From assembly GCA_964513345.1 (NCBI GenBank), contig CAZELY010000002.1:13578-77577 (forward strand): a stretch of 64,000 bases of DNA, given 5' to 3'. This document shows, in pieces, positions 1-10,057 of the stretch. Source of the DNA: an uncultured Muribaculaceae bacterium (GTDB taxonomy: Bacteria; Bacillota_I; Bacilli_A; RF39; UBA660). The position numbers and the translations under genes were made by a program. The first letter of the stretch is position 1, and every line of letters begins with the position of its first letter. The notes below the pieces were generated by a model. The model had not been told where the DNA came from. It made no database searches and was given only the letters and a program-made list of their open reading frames with translations.

Positions 1-1107
1 TTTTAATATATTTACTTTAGCCCCGTGTTTATGCAAGAAATTATTAATTCTGGTTTCGGCTTGAACTGATAAGAAATCACCACCGCTAATAATATATTTC
101 AATTGAGACATATCAACAGAATTAAATTTTTTATTAGACATCATACCTTCCCATAAGGTAGGAACACCTAAAATAACGTGAGGTTTATCATATTTCCATA
201 TTTTATAAAATCTATTAGCATCGTACTCAGGCATTAATATAGTTTCTACTCGAAGACAAATTGGCGTATGAACACAAATTCCAAGTCCAAAACCATGGAA
301 AATTGGTAAAATAGTCACAATTTTATCTTTAGGACGAACATCAATAACGTTAACGCCACTCTGCTGAGCAATGGCATTAAAGCTATAGTTAGAAATCATT
401 ATACCTTTTGGAGTGCCGGTAGTGCCCCCGCTATGTAAAATTAAAGCTAAATCTTCACTTTTAACATCAGCATGGTATTCTCTAACATTAGACATACCAT
501 AATTTAAAAACTCTTTCCAAGACATATAAGCAGTATCACTAAGTTTTGGTTTTTTTGTTTTAATGCTTCTAGTTAATGTATAACCAACATTAAGCATCAG
601 TGGCATGCTTTCTTTTGGTGAAATCAGAATAGTTTTATAAACTAATGTCTCTTCAATGCAATCTTTAAGTTTTTCATAGTTAAAATCTACTAAAAATAAA
701 TATCTTGATTTTGATTCGTTTAAGTAAAATTTAACTGATTCAGGACTAGATAATGGATGAATAATATCGGCTACTGCGCCTATTTTATTAATTGCATAAA
801 AAGCGTATATAGCTTCTGGCATATTAGGAAGACAAATAGTAACAACGTCGCCTTCTTTAACACCAAACTCTCTTAAAGCGCGTGCGCAAATATTAATTTT
901 ATTTAGAAAATCATTGTAGCTTATTCTGTTTTCAAAATAGTTTAAACAAATAAAATCTTTGTCATTTCCAACCTCATCAATCATGTAATCATATATTGAT
1001 TTGTCAGTAAATTTAATTTTTCTTTCTTTTCTTGAATAATAATCTAGCCATGGTCTTTCGGTTTTCTCTTTGAAAAGTTTAAAAAAGAAATCACTTATTT
1101 TCCCCAT
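1..1107 (-). CDS. AMP-dependent acyl-CoA synthetase/ligase, N-terminal 369 codons (C-terminus lies beyond the window start)
   Basis: My own reverse-strand translation from the ATG at 1107-1105 gives MGKISDFFFKLFKEKTERPW... The in-frame AMP-binding motif HSGGTTGTPKGIMIS is encoded at about 435-391. The ORF is absent from the track because it runs off the window. Confidence 0.8.
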   Translation of the reverse strand, partial: MGKISDFFFKLFKEKTERPWLDYYSRKERKIKFTDKSIYDYMIDEVGNDKDFICLNYFENRISYNDFLNKINICARALREFGVKEGDVVTICLPNMPEAIYAFYAINKIGAVADIIHPLSSPESVKFYLNESKSRYLFLVDFNYEKLKDCIEETLVYKTILISPKESMPLMLNVGYTLTRSIKTKKPKLSDTAYMSWKEFLNYGMSNVREYHADVKSEDLALILHSGGTTGTPKGIMISNYSFNAIAQQSGVNVIDVRPKDKIVTILPIFHGFGLGICVHTPICLRVETILMPEYDANRFYKIWKYDKPHVILGVPTLWEGMMSNKKFNSVDMSQLKYIISGGDFLSVQAETRINNFLHKHGAKVNILK

Positions 1108-1110
1108 AAT

Positions 1111-1695
1111 CTACCTTCTTTCTATAATCATTTCGTTAATTATACTTCGAAGTTTTTCATTTTCTCTTGTAACATCATCGGATACTTTATAAGGTTTTCC
1201 AAAAGAAATAGTTAGTTTACCAAATGGAGTGTATTTACCAGTGATGGCAAAAGGGACAATATTAGAATTAGTCTCGTTTGCCATACGGACGGCGCCAGTT
1301 TTAAATTTTATTGTTGGCTCTTTTGTCTTATTTACCGTACCTTCTGGGAAAACACCAATTAATAAATTATTGTTTAAGCAATCAATGGCTGCCGGCATAA
1401 CAGTTTTATCTTTAATTTGCCTATTTACTGGGACAATGCCCATGTGTTTGTAACCTATTCCTAAAGGACTATTAATAAGTTCGATTTTTGCTAGAAAATG
1501 TACTGTTCTTTTAGTTAAGCTAAGTATGAAAACAGGATCTAAAATATTAGTATGATTACCTGCTAAAACAGCTCGCCCTTCTTTAGGAATATTTTCTTTT
1601 CCAATTACTTTTGGATGAAAAATTATTTTTATTAGTATTGTTAAAATCGGTCTTAAAAATCTGTATAATCCTTCTTTGCACATTTTAACCACCAT
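1111..1695 (-). CDS. plsC: 1-acyl-sn-glycerol-3-phosphate acyltransferase
   Basis: 194-aa ORF with the acyltransferase motifs NHTNILD (HX4D) and FPEGT. It lies directly upstream of the acyl-CoA ligase on the same strand. Confidence 0.8.
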   Translation of the reverse strand: MVVKMCKEGLYRFLRPILTILIKIIFHPKVIGKENIPKEGRAVLAGNHTNILDPVFILSLTKRTVHFLAKIELINSPLGIGYKHMGIVPVNRQIKDKTVMPAAIDCLNNNLLIGVFPEGTVNKTKEPTIKFKTGAVRMANETNSNIVPFAITGKYTPFGKLTISFGKPYKVSDDVTRENEKLRSIINEMIIERR

Positions 1696-1874
1696 ATTAA
1701 TTATACCTTAAAAAAGGATATCTTTCAATCTAATGGTGAAAAAGTCTCATATAAAGGTTAAAAGCAAAATACCTTTTAATTTCAAAGAAAGAAGACGTTT
1801 TTTTGTTGGGCCATATATTGACAAAAAAGTCATTTTCCTCTAAAATTAAATTATAATGAAAGAGGGGATACTTT

Positions 1875-2198
1875 ATGTATCAAGAAAGAATTGTTCTTAC
1901 TCCCAAAGATATACTAGAAAAAGAGTTTAAAATCGATACTCGAGGTTACAGACCACAAGAAGTAGACAAATTTTTAGACACAGTTATTAGTGATTATGAA
2001 GAGATGTTTGAACTATTGAAAGAAAGTGACCAAGAGAAGAAAGATTTAATTGACGAAAACATGCGTTTAAAAGGCGAAATTAGAAGTTTACGTACTAAAT
2101 TAGAAGTTCTACGCGATACTGGCGGAGCTGAAGTAAATAATTCAGATTTACTTCGTCGTTTATCTAATTTAGAAAAAATTATTTATGGCGAAAAATAA
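1875..2198 (+). CDS. gpsB: GpsB/DivIVA-domain cell-division protein
   Basis: 107 aa with a DivIVA N-terminal domain (LTPKDILEKEFKIDTRGYRPQEVDKFLD) and a short coiled coil. It sits next to rnpB, as in Bacillus. Confidence 0.8.
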   Translation: MYQERIVLTPKDILEKEFKIDTRGYRPQEVDKFLDTVISDYEEMFELLKESDQEKKDLIDENMRLKGEIRSLRTKLEVLRDTGGAEVNNSDLLRRLSNLEKIIYGEK

Positions 2199-2211
2199 TA
2201 TTTTGACAAAC

Positions 2212-2542
2212 GCTGCATTTTTATAATGTAGAGGAAAGTCCATACTTGCACTATCTGTGATGATAGTAGTGTTTGTGCTTAGGGAAAAAATAACCTAAGG
2301 TAGCTTTGGCTAACGACGCCTGATGACCTAAGGGAAACTATGGTCTGGGGCATAAAGTGCCGCAGAGACGAGCTTTTCAGAAATGAAAAGGTGAAACGTG
2401 GTAAACTCCGCAAGCAAGAAACCCAAATTATGGTAGGGGAACCCAGAAAAGAAGAATTAGAATTCTTGAGGGACTGATTTTCAGTAGATAAATGTTTGTC
2501 GCCTCTTATGAGGTACAGAATATGGCTTATAAAATATTATGA
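2212..2542 (+). ncRNA. rnpB: RNase P RNA (bacterial, compact low-GC form); ends approximate
   Basis: The conserved P4-forming blocks GAGGAAAGTCC (2231-2241) and ACAGAATATGGCTTA (2515-2529) are both present. TTTTATAA (2219-2226) can pair with TTATAAAA (2527-2534) as a terminal stem. The region is non-coding and lies between gpsB and the next gene. Confidence 0.8.
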
Positions 2543-2558
2543 ATTTTAAGGAGAATAT

Positions 2559-3026
2559 ATGGATGAAATAGGAAAACAACTAAAAAATGCCAGAGAAAGT
2601 ATGAACATATCAATCGAAGAAGTAGCCGAAGATTTAAAAATCAGGCCTTCACAAATAGAAAATTTAGAAGCTGGAAATAGAGAAGCTTTTGAAGATGTAT
2701 TCTATTTAAAATATTTTATTCGTGACTATGCTAAATATTTGGGTCTGAATAAAGATGATATGGTTGATGAATTTAATGAATATTTATTTGACGTAACTTC
2801 GAGACTCTCATTAGATGATATAAAAGCTGCGAAAAAAGAAAGCAAACGCGCTAAAACTGTAAAATCGCCATATACTATGGCTAAGAAAAAGAAGAGTTTT
2901 TTCGTTCCTTTTATCATTTATATGGTTGTTGTAATTTTAGCAGTAGCAATTGTATATTTTATCGTTAATTTAAATAAAAGTGATGATAGTTTTGATGAAG
3001 GAACTGTCATATCCGAAAATAAGTAG
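2559..3026 (+). CDS. RodZ-like HTH membrane protein
   Basis: N-terminal XRE-type helix-turn-helix (ISIEEVAEDLKIRPSQIENLEAGN), a basic linker, and a single C-terminal TM (FFVPFIIYMVVVILAVAIVYFIV). Confidence 0.6.
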   Translation: MDEIGKQLKNARESMNISIEEVAEDLKIRPSQIENLEAGNREAFEDVFYLKYFIRDYAKYLGLNKDDMVDEFNEYLFDVTSRLSLDDIKAAKKESKRAKTVKSPYTMAKKKKSFFVPFIIYMVVVILAVAIVYFIVNLNKSDDSFDEGTVISENK

Positions 3027-3035
3027 GAGGTATTT

Positions 3036-3629
3036 ATGAACACACCTAACAAATTAACAATGCTTAGAATATTTTTAACTATTATTATTGTAGCGGTATT
3101 ATTATTTCCGTTTTCCGCTGTTGGTATAGATATACCACAACTATTTGTCAATGAACTTATTGTTGTTGATATTAAATATATTATCGCCGGCATCTTGTTT
3201 ATAATCGCATCATTAACTGATTTTATTGATGGAAGAATGGCTAGAAAATATAACTTAGTAACTGATTTTGGAAAACTTATGGACGCCGTTGCTGATAAAA
3301 TACTAGTGAATGCCGTTTTGATCATATTATGTGCGCAAGGATTTATTCATCCGATTATTACAGTTGTAATTATTATGCGTGATACATTTGTCGATTCAAT
3401 TAGAATGGTTGCGAGCTCGAAAGGAAAAGTTATCCCAGCCGGTAATTTAGGCAAAGTTAAAACAGCTTGTATGATGGTTGGTTTAACGCTAACATTATTT
3501 TATAATTTGCCATTCGAAATATGGAATTTAAAAATTTCTGACTTCTTATTAATATTAGCTACAATTTTTTCAGTAATTTCAGGGATTGAATATTATACGG
3601 CTAATAGAATGTATTTTAGCGAAAAATAA
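3036..3629 (+). CDS. pgsA: CDP-diacylglycerol--glycerol-3-phosphate 3-phosphatidyltransferase
   Basis: Carries the CDP-alcohol phosphatidyltransferase motif DFIDGRMARKYNLVTDFGKLMDAVADK. The protein is polytopic and about 197 aa. Confidence 0.85.
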   Translation: MNTPNKLTMLRIFLTIIIVAVLLFPFSAVGIDIPQLFVNELIVVDIKYIIAGILFIIASLTDFIDGRMARKYNLVTDFGKLMDAVADKILVNAVLIILCAQGFIHPIITVVIIMRDTFVDSIRMVASSKGKVIPAGNLGKVKTACMMVGLTLTLFYNLPFEIWNLKISDFLLILATIFSVISGIEYYTANRMYFSEK

Positions 3630-3661
3630 ACTTTAATAGTTTATTTTTTTAGGGGGATTTT

Positions 3662-3991
3662 ATGAATCAAACATTAAAAAACTTTTTTATAGGACAAAAT
3701 ATATATGATGAAGAATTTGAAGCATTTATGGAAGGTAAGGTTTTAATCGTGCCAAATACGACAGATTTGTCGTGGTATGGATGCTTTCCTATTGTTAAGG
3801 ATAATGTATTAACTGATATACGTTTACTGGTTCCAGAAATTGAAAATGATCAAGATCTTTTAATTAATATTCACGAATATGCCCATGCATTAGAGTTATA
3901 TAGTGAACTTGGCAAAATTTATGAAGACAAAGTGGAACTTAGAGAAAGCCGCGCTAGAGAGATGGAAAAAGTATATTTAAAAAGTAATTAG
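3662..3991 (+). CDS. small hypothetical protein with HExxH motif
   Basis: 109-aa ORF with a GGGGA RBS-like stretch upstream. The only motif I can see is NIHEYAHALE (HExxH). Confidence 0.45.
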   Translation: MNQTLKNFFIGQNIYDEEFEAFMEGKVLIVPNTTDLSWYGCFPIVKDNVLTDIRLLVPEIENDQDLLINIHEYAHALELYSELGKIYEDKVELRESRAREMEKVYLKSN

Positions 3992-4021
3992 GTATACTTT
4001 TTTTATGAAAAAACGTAAAAT

Positions 4022-4035
4022 TGAACAAATGTTCG
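4022..4035. promoter_or_regulatory. LexA (Cheo/SOS) box upstream of recA
   Basis: tGAACaaatGTTCg matches the Gram-positive LexA operator core GAAC-N4-GTTC. It lies just upstream of the recA -35 element. Confidence 0.7.
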
Positions 4036-4044
4036 CAAAAAGTA

Positions 4045-4073
4045 TTGACATTGCTTTTTTTATGTTATAGAAT
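4045..4073 (+). promoter_or_regulatory. recA sigma-A type promoter
   Basis: TTGACA (4045-4050), a 17-nt spacer, then TAGAAT (4068-4073), about 35 nt before the recA start. Confidence 0.6.
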
Positions 4074-4107
4074 AAAATTGTAGGAGCATTATATAAGGAG
4101 GAAAAAA

Positions 4108-5118
4108 ATGACAAAATCTACTAATGATAGTAATCTATCACAAGTCCTTTCAGATATTGAAAAACAATTTGGAAAAGGCTCAATAATGCGTTTAGGAGAT
4201 AATGAAAAAAGAGAAATTGATGTAATCCCTAGTGGAAGTATTGCGTTAGATGTAGCACTTGGTATCGGCGGTTATCCTAAGGGACGCATCATCGAAATAT
4301 ATGGACCGGAATCAAGCGGTAAAACAACCTTTGCTTTGCACGCAATTGCTGAAGCGCAAAAATTAGGTGGTAAAGTAGCTTTTATCGATGCCGAAAATTC
4401 ACTTGATCCACAATATGCAGAACGTTTAGGAGTTAATATAAATGATTTACTTTTATCACAACCTGATAATGGTGAACAAGCTTTAGAAATTACTGAAGCC
4501 TTAGTGAGAAGTGGCGCAATTAGTGTAATTGTAATTGATTCGGTAGCTGCATTAGTACCTCAAGCGGAAATCGAAGGCGAAATGGGCGATGCTCATGTTG
4601 GACTTCAAGCAAGACTTATGAGTCAGGCATTAAGAAAATTGGCCGGTGTTATTAATAAAACTGGGACAGTTGCAATCTTTATAAATCAACTACGTGAAAA
4701 AGTAGGCGTTATGTTTGGAAATCCTGAAGTGACACCAGGCGGAAGAGCGTTAAAGTTTTATTCATCAATTAGATTAGAAATTAGAAGAAGTGAGCAAATT
4801 AAATTAGGAACCGATATTATTGGTAACAAAACCACTGTAAAAGTTGTTAAAAACAAAATGGCGCCACCTTTTAAAACTTGCTCAGTTGATATCATGTATG
4901 GAACAGGGATTTCAGCCGAAGGCGAGCTTATTGATTTAGGTAGCGATGCTAATATATTAGAAAAATCTGGCGCTTGGTATGCATACAAAGGCGAAAAAAT
5001 TGGTCAAGGAAAAGAAAATGTTAAAGAATATTTGAAGGCCAATCCAAAAATAAAGGACGAGATTTTAAAGAAAGTTCGTGAGCATTATAAAGTAACTATA
5101 AAAGAAACCAAAAATTAA
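4108..5118 (+). CDS. recA: recombinase RecA
   Basis: Full-length RecA-like sequence with Walker [10 protein letters not shown], plus [10 protein letters not shown] and [17 protein letters not shown]. Confidence 0.97.
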   Translation: MTKSTNDSNLSQVLSDIEKQFGKGSIMRLGDNEKREIDVIPSGSIALDVALGIGGYPKGRIIEIYGPESSGKTTFALHAIAEAQKLGGKVAFIDAENSLDPQYAERLGVNINDLLLSQPDNGEQALEITEALVRSGAISVIVIDSVAALVPQAEIEGEMGDAHVGLQARLMSQALRKLAGVINKTGTVAIFINQLREKVGVMFGNPEVTPGGRALKFYSSIRLEIRRSEQIKLGTDIIGNKTTVKVVKNKMAPPFKTCSVDIMYGTGISAEGELIDLGSDANILEKSGAWYAYKGEKIGQGKENVKEYLKANPKIKDEILKKVREHYKVTIKETKN

Positions 5119-5132
5119 TTGGTTTCTTTTTT
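5102..5132 (+). terminator. rho-independent terminator after recA
   Basis: AAGAAACCA (5102-5110) pairs with TGGTTTCTT (5120-5128), followed by a T-run. Confidence 0.7.
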
Positions 5133-5188
5133 ATACACTTGATATTTAAATTAAAAACCTTTATACTTATTATATACTAGGTGATAGA

Positions 5189-5851
5189 ATGAATAAACAA
5201 AAAAGAAATCGAATAATTATTATTATTTCTTTCATTACTTTTGTTGCCGGTTTTACGATTTTGTCTTACAACTATTTTATTGAAAAAAGAAACTTGGCAT
5301 TTGAAAAAATTAATTTGCAAATTAATGGTAATAAAGAAACTGAAAACAAAAGTGATGATGTTGTTGTTGAAAGTAATCAGCAAAAAACGGAAAGTGTTGA
5401 AAATTCTTCAGCTAAAACCACACCAATAATTCCTGATAAGGACTATATTGGCACTTTAGAGATTCCGAAGATTAATTTAACCAAAGGTTTTGTTGATGTA
5501 AATTCACCACATAATACTGTTGATTACAATATTCAAATTATTCAGCCATCTAGTTATCCTGATGTAAATGGCGGCAATTTGATTTTTGCGTCACATTCAG
5601 GAAGCAGTAATATTAGTTATTTTAAACATTTATATAAACTTTCACGTGGTGATTTAGTATATATTCATTATAAAAATACAAAATATACTTATGAAATTGT
5701 TAATATTTATGAACAACCTAAAAACGGATATGTTGACATATACCGTGATATTAATGCGACAACGGTTACACTGATAACGTGTACTAAAAATAATGATAAT
5801 ACGCAAACTGTGTATATATGTAATTTAAAAAACAAAGAAAAAGAAGGATGA
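5189..5851 (+). CDS. sortase family transpeptidase
   Basis: N-terminal TM, a conserved His context (FASHSG) and the active-site motif TLITCT. It is adjacent to a candidate pilin substrate. Confidence 0.8.
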   Translation: MNKQKRNRIIIIISFITFVAGFTILSYNYFIEKRNLAFEKINLQINGNKETENKSDDVVVESNQQKTESVENSSAKTTPIIPDKDYIGTLEIPKINLTKGFVDVNSPHNTVDYNIQIIQPSSYPDVNGGNLIFASHSGSSNISYFKHLYKLSRGDLVYIHYKNTKYTYEIVNIYEQPKNGYVDIYRDINATTVTLITCTKNNDNTQTVYICNLKNKEKEG

Positions 5852-5855
5852 TTAC

Positions 5856-6494
5856 ATGCAAGGCTTTTCTATTTGGGAAATGATTAAGACAATTGCCAAT
5901 TTAGTTTTATCGACACCAATATTTTTAGTGTCTTTTGTCGTTGGTGTAATTTTATTAATCGCGATGATTGTTTCAATGAAGAAAAGCAAAAAATTTACCA
6001 AAGCCTTAATGATACTAATATATGTATTTTTAATAGCGTTTGTAGTTATTTATTATAATTCATTCTTATATAACATATTAGATAATTTTATGAACACCTT
6101 ATTTACACAATTATTTTTCCCAAATTTAGCGACATTTTCTTTGATGATCTTTATAACGTTAGTAATATTATTTTATTCTTTATTTAGTCAAAAACTATCA
6201 AAAGCGTTGAAAGGCATTAATATGGTTATATCATCGTTAATTATATTTTTGTTTATTTTAACTTTAGATAAAATCGTTACATTAAAAATTAATATTTATG
6301 AGCCACTAACAATTTACTCAGATAAAACGCTTTTAACGCTAATAGAGTTCATTATGATTATTTTTTCACTTTGGATTTTATTACTTTTGAGTGTTAAAAT
6401 CATTAAAAAATTGATAAAAAAGAGTGATGCCAAGGTAGTTAAAGAATTTTTGGATAATAACCAAAACGAAAATTCAGAAACACTTAAATTATAA
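5856..6494 (+). CDS. polytopic membrane protein, unknown function
   Basis: 212 aa with about 5-6 hydrophobic helices. It sits between the sortase and the pilin-like gene. Confidence 0.5.
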   Translation: MQGFSIWEMIKTIANLVLSTPIFLVSFVVGVILLIAMIVSMKKSKKFTKALMILIYVFLIAFVVIYYNSFLYNILDNFMNTLFTQLFFPNLATFSLMIFITLVILFYSLFSQKLSKALKGINMVISSLIIFLFILTLDKIVTLKINIYEPLTIYSDKTLLTLIEFIMIIFSLWILLLLSVKIIKKLIKKSDAKVVKEFLDNNQNENSETLKL

Positions 6495-6565
6495 AGAAAT
6501 TGTTAATTGACATTTATGTTAAAAGTTGATACACTATAGTTAATATAATAGAAAGTAGGGAAAAT

Positions 6566-8005
6566 ATGAAAAAACTAAAGTATGTTGTGCTAACATTCGT
6601 ATTGAGTTTTGCATTTATTATTGGTGCTAAAGCTGCACTTTCAGATGACATTGCGGCTGCTGAGGCAAATGGCGCTGATTTAAACCAATCAGGTGTTGCA
6701 CAAATTGATAAAATTATTTCGTCAGACTATAGTTTTGCATTAGGACAGACTAATGAGTTGGATGGTGAGTACTTTGGACAATCACCAGCCGCTGACATTT
6801 CCAGTGCTAAAAGTGCTTGGGGAGAAAATGCGTTAGGCTATTTGAATATAGTAACGACGCCGATGGCGTTAGCTACTAACAATGCAAAAAACACTTATGG
6901 TGTAAGATATAAGAATGTTGGTATTTATAATAATCAATATGTTGATATTAAGGCAACTGTTACTGATTTTGAAACAGCTTCTAGTTCACCTAAAACTCCA
7001 ATTATTGCTTTGAATGGCACAAGCATTGATAACTATTCAATTGGGCTTAAATGGATGAAAATTAAATATGAATTTTTCAAAGCCGGCACTAATATTCCAA
7101 TTGTCGTCAAAGGAAATATTACGTATAATCTTACTGATGGTAAAGGTGTTTTATTACATGACAATACTGTTAATATATTTACTAGCACCGGAAACACCTT
7201 AAAAACTGCCACTGTCGGTGGTAAAACCATTGTGTTTGCTGCTGAGAGTTCTAGCAATCCCAAAGGTGGCCTTATGGCTAGCAGCGGATCATCTATTCTT
7301 ACATCATTTACTGAAACTTTCGAAGGTGATTCAATAACAAGAACTTATCAATATGGTAATTTATCTGATTCTACAATTGGTACTGAGGCAAGCGGTGTAA
7401 CGACTACGCCAAAAGCGGTTACTGAGGTTGAGATACCAGAACCTGTGAAAGGTGTTAACAAATCTAAAGTAACTATGGGCGAAGAATTTACTTATACAAT
7501 TACTCAAGTGGTTCCTGCAGTGACAGCTGATAATAGGTACGATGTGTTTGTAATGGATGATACTCTTGCAGACTGCTTAACAGTTGATGCCAGTAAAGTT
7601 ACTATTAAAGATGAAAACGGACATGATGTTACAACCAAATTTGCCATATCTAATGAGGGACAGATGATTATAATGACCTTGAAAAATACGGACGATGATA
7701 GTTTTTATGGACATACTTATAATGCTAGCATTAAAACAAGCATCAAGTCTGGATTCAATATGAGCAAATATAAGGTTGGTAACAAATATACTATTACTAA
7801 TAAAGCTAACGTAATGAAGAATACAGTTATAAAGTGTAGCAATTATGTGAACATTGAATACTCTACTGAAACAATAAAAAATGTTCCAAAAACTTTTGCT
7901 GGCACACCATTTTATGTTATTATGGTAGGCATTATGCTTTTTATCATGAGTCTAGGTACTTTATATTATACGGTAATGAATGGAAAAGAAGAAAGTGGTG
8001 AATAA
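6566..8005 (+). CDS. secreted isopeptide-domain (pilin/adhesin-like) surface protein with atypical C-terminal sorting signal
   Basis: Signal peptide MKKLKYVVLTFVLSFAFIIGAKA. It carries a pilin-like Ig-fold signature (EIPEPVKGVNKSKVTMGEEFTYTI...YTITNKANV). The C-terminus is VPKTFAG, then a hydrophobic helix, then a short tail. Confidence 0.7.
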   Translation: MKKLKYVVLTFVLSFAFIIGAKAALSDDIAAAEANGADLNQSGVAQIDKIISSDYSFALGQTNELDGEYFGQSPAADISSAKSAWGENALGYLNIVTTPMALATNNAKNTYGVRYKNVGIYNNQYVDIKATVTDFETASSSPKTPIIALNGTSIDNYSIGLKWMKIKYEFFKAGTNIPIVVKGNITYNLTDGKGVLLHDNTVNIFTSTGNTLKTATVGGKTIVFAAESSSNPKGGLMASSGSSILTSFTETFEGDSITRTYQYGNLSDSTIGTEASGVTTTPKAVTEVEIPEPVKGVNKSKVTMGEEFTYTITQVVPAVTADNRYDVFVMDDTLADCLTVDASKVTIKDENGHDVTTKFAISNEGQMIIMTLKNTDDDSFYGHTYNASIKTSIKSGFNMSKYKVGNKYTITNKANVMKNTVIKCSNYVNIEYSTETIKNVPKTFAGTPFYVIMVGIMLFIMSLGTLYYTVMNGKEESGE

Positions 8006-8097
8006 CCACTTTTTTTATTTCTCTTGACTTATAAAAAAAATGCCGATACAATATATATGTAGATATAATTTCTACATTTTGATATGGAGGTAATAAG

Positions 8098-9651
8098 ATG
8101 ACAAATTCTATTTTCTCCATTTTGCTAGTTATATCTGGACTTTTTGTAGGTATTATCATAATGATAATATTCAATCATATTAAAGGTTTTACTGCTTCAA
8201 AAAAAGCTGAAAAAACTATTGAACAGGCTAAAAAAGAAGCTGAAAAAATAAAAAGAGATGGAGTTTTAGAAGCCAAAGAAGAATCACATAAATTAAAACT
8301 TGAATTAGATAAAGAAATTAAAGAAAAAAAGCAAGAGATAAAGGATTCTGAAGATAGACTTTTAGCACGCGAAGAAAGCATGGATCGCCGTGATCAAACA
8401 CTTCAAAATCGCGAGCAAATGCTTGAAGATAAAGAAAACAATTTAATAGATAAACAAAAAGACATTCAAAAGAAGCAAGTGGAGTTAGAAGAAGAAAAAG
8501 AAAAACAAATTAAAGAACTTGAAAAAATTTCTGGTTATTCTAAAAAAGAAGCCAAAGAAGTAATTATGAAACAAGTGGAACAAATGATGAATTTAGAAAT
8601 CGCGTCATATATTAAGGATCGCGAAAGTGAAGCAAAACTTGATGCCGATAAAAAAGCTAAATCATTGTTAGTTTCATCAATGCAAAAGTATGCCGCAGAT
8701 ATTGTTAGCGAACAAACCGTAACCGTAATTGACCTTCCAAATGAAGATATGAAAGGTCGTATTATTGGAAGAGAAGGACGTAATATTCGTACTATTGAAT
8801 CTGTTACTGGAGTAGATTTAATTATCGATGATACCCCAGAAGCAATTGTTATATCTAGCTTTGATCCTTATCGTAGAGAAATTGCTAGAGTAACTTTAGA
8901 AACTTTAATCAAGGATGGAAGAATTCATCCGGGACGTATTGAAGAAGTTTATGATAAAACAGTTAAAGAAATGAAGAGTAAATTAACTGAATACGGGGAT
9001 AATGCTTTATTTGAACTGGGCATTACAAAAATGGAACCAGAGTTAATTGAAATAATTGGTAAATTACAATTTAGAACTAGTTATGGACAAAATGCTTTGA
9101 AGCACTCAATGGAAGTTGCTAATTTAGCTGGTCTTTTAGCTGCTGAATTAGGCGAGAATGTTAATTTAGCAAAAAGAGCTGGATTATTACATGACATTGG
9201 AAAAGCTGTTGATCACGAAATCGAAGGAAGTCACGTAGAAATCGGTGTTAAAATAGCTTCTAAATTCAAAGAAAATGATGTGGTTATCAATGCGATTGCT
9301 TCGCATCATGGTGATACTGAGGCCACAAGTGTTATTTCAGTTATTGTAGCCATTGCTGATGCATTATCAGCATCAAGACCAGGTGCCCGCAATGATTCAT
9401 TGGAAAACTATATTCAAAGACTTACCGAGCTTGAAAATATCGGTAACGGAATTAAAGGTGTCGATAAAGCTTATGCAGTTCAAGCTGGTAGAGAACTTAG
9501 AGTAATTGTTAAGCCTGAAGAAATCGATGATTTAGAAAGCTTTAAAGTTGCTCGTGATGTAAAACAACAAATCGAAGAAAAGCTTCAATATCCAGGAACA
9601 ATTAAGGTTGTTGTTATTAGAGAAACAAGAGCTATTGAAGAAGCCAAATAG
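8098..9651 (+). CDS. rny: ribonuclease Y
   Basis: N-terminal TM, a long Lys/Glu coiled coil, a KH domain ([26 protein letters not shown]) and an HD domain (LLHDIGKA...ASHHGD). Confidence 0.95.
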   Translation: MTNSIFSILLVISGLFVGIIIMIIFNHIKGFTASKKAEKTIEQAKKEAEKIKRDGVLEAKEESHKLKLELDKEIKEKKQEIKDSEDRLLAREESMDRRDQTLQNREQMLEDKENNLIDKQKDIQKKQVELEEEKEKQIKELEKISGYSKKEAKEVIMKQVEQMMNLEIASYIKDRESEAKLDADKKAKSLLVSSMQKYAADIVSEQTVTVIDLPNEDMKGRIIGREGRNIRTIESVTGVDLIIDDTPEAIVISSFDPYRREIARVTLETLIKDGRIHPGRIEEVYDKTVKEMKSKLTEYGDNALFELGITKMEPELIEIIGKLQFRTSYGQNALKHSMEVANLAGLLAAELGENVNLAKRAGLLHDIGKAVDHEIEGSHVEIGVKIASKFKENDVVINAIASHHGDTEATSVISVIVAIADALSASRPGARNDSLENYIQRLTELENIGNGIKGVDKAYAVQAGRELRVIVKPEEIDDLESFKVARDVKQQIEEKLQYPGTIKVVVIRETRAIEEAK

Positions 9652-10000
9652 GCTTCTTTTAATGTGAAAAAACGCAGAACAAAAAAGCGAACATTTTATT
9701 TTTATATAAATTAAAATAAAAAGGTAACATTTATCTTCAATAATTTCTTTTTTTTAAAAATATTCTTTTTTGAAAAAACATTATTTTTCAAAAAAACAAA
9801 AAAATCAAAATTACCAAATCTTTCCTTTGGCCTTTAAAATAAAGAAAAAAGCTCTTTTCTCTGAAATGGTAATTTTTTCAAAAAATCAAAAATGTAAAGT
9901 TTATGCAAAATCAAAAAAATAATTTTTTTGATTTTTTGTTTAAAATAAAGGCTTAAAAAAAAGCACTATAAAAAACTCAAAAAAAGCGAACAAAATCTAT

Positions 10001-10029
10001 TGACCTTTTATAATAAAAGTGCCATAATG
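10001..10029 (+). promoter_or_regulatory. putative nrdD promoter
   Basis: TTGACC, a 17-nt spacer, then CATAAT, ending about 30 nt before the nrdD start. Confidence 0.4.
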
Positions 10030-10057
10030 AAATTACAGTAGGAAAGGACGTATATTT

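Noticed and set aside
9960-10040. Possible NrdR boxes upstream of nrdD: AAGCACTATAAAAAAC and AAAAGTGCCATAATG.
   Set aside because: - Only half-site-like matches (CACTATA / GGCACTTTT on the reverse strand) to the palindromic NrdR consensus as I remember it.
- Spacing between the two does not look like the usual ~3-turn arrangement.
- I cannot support the call without a PWM scan.
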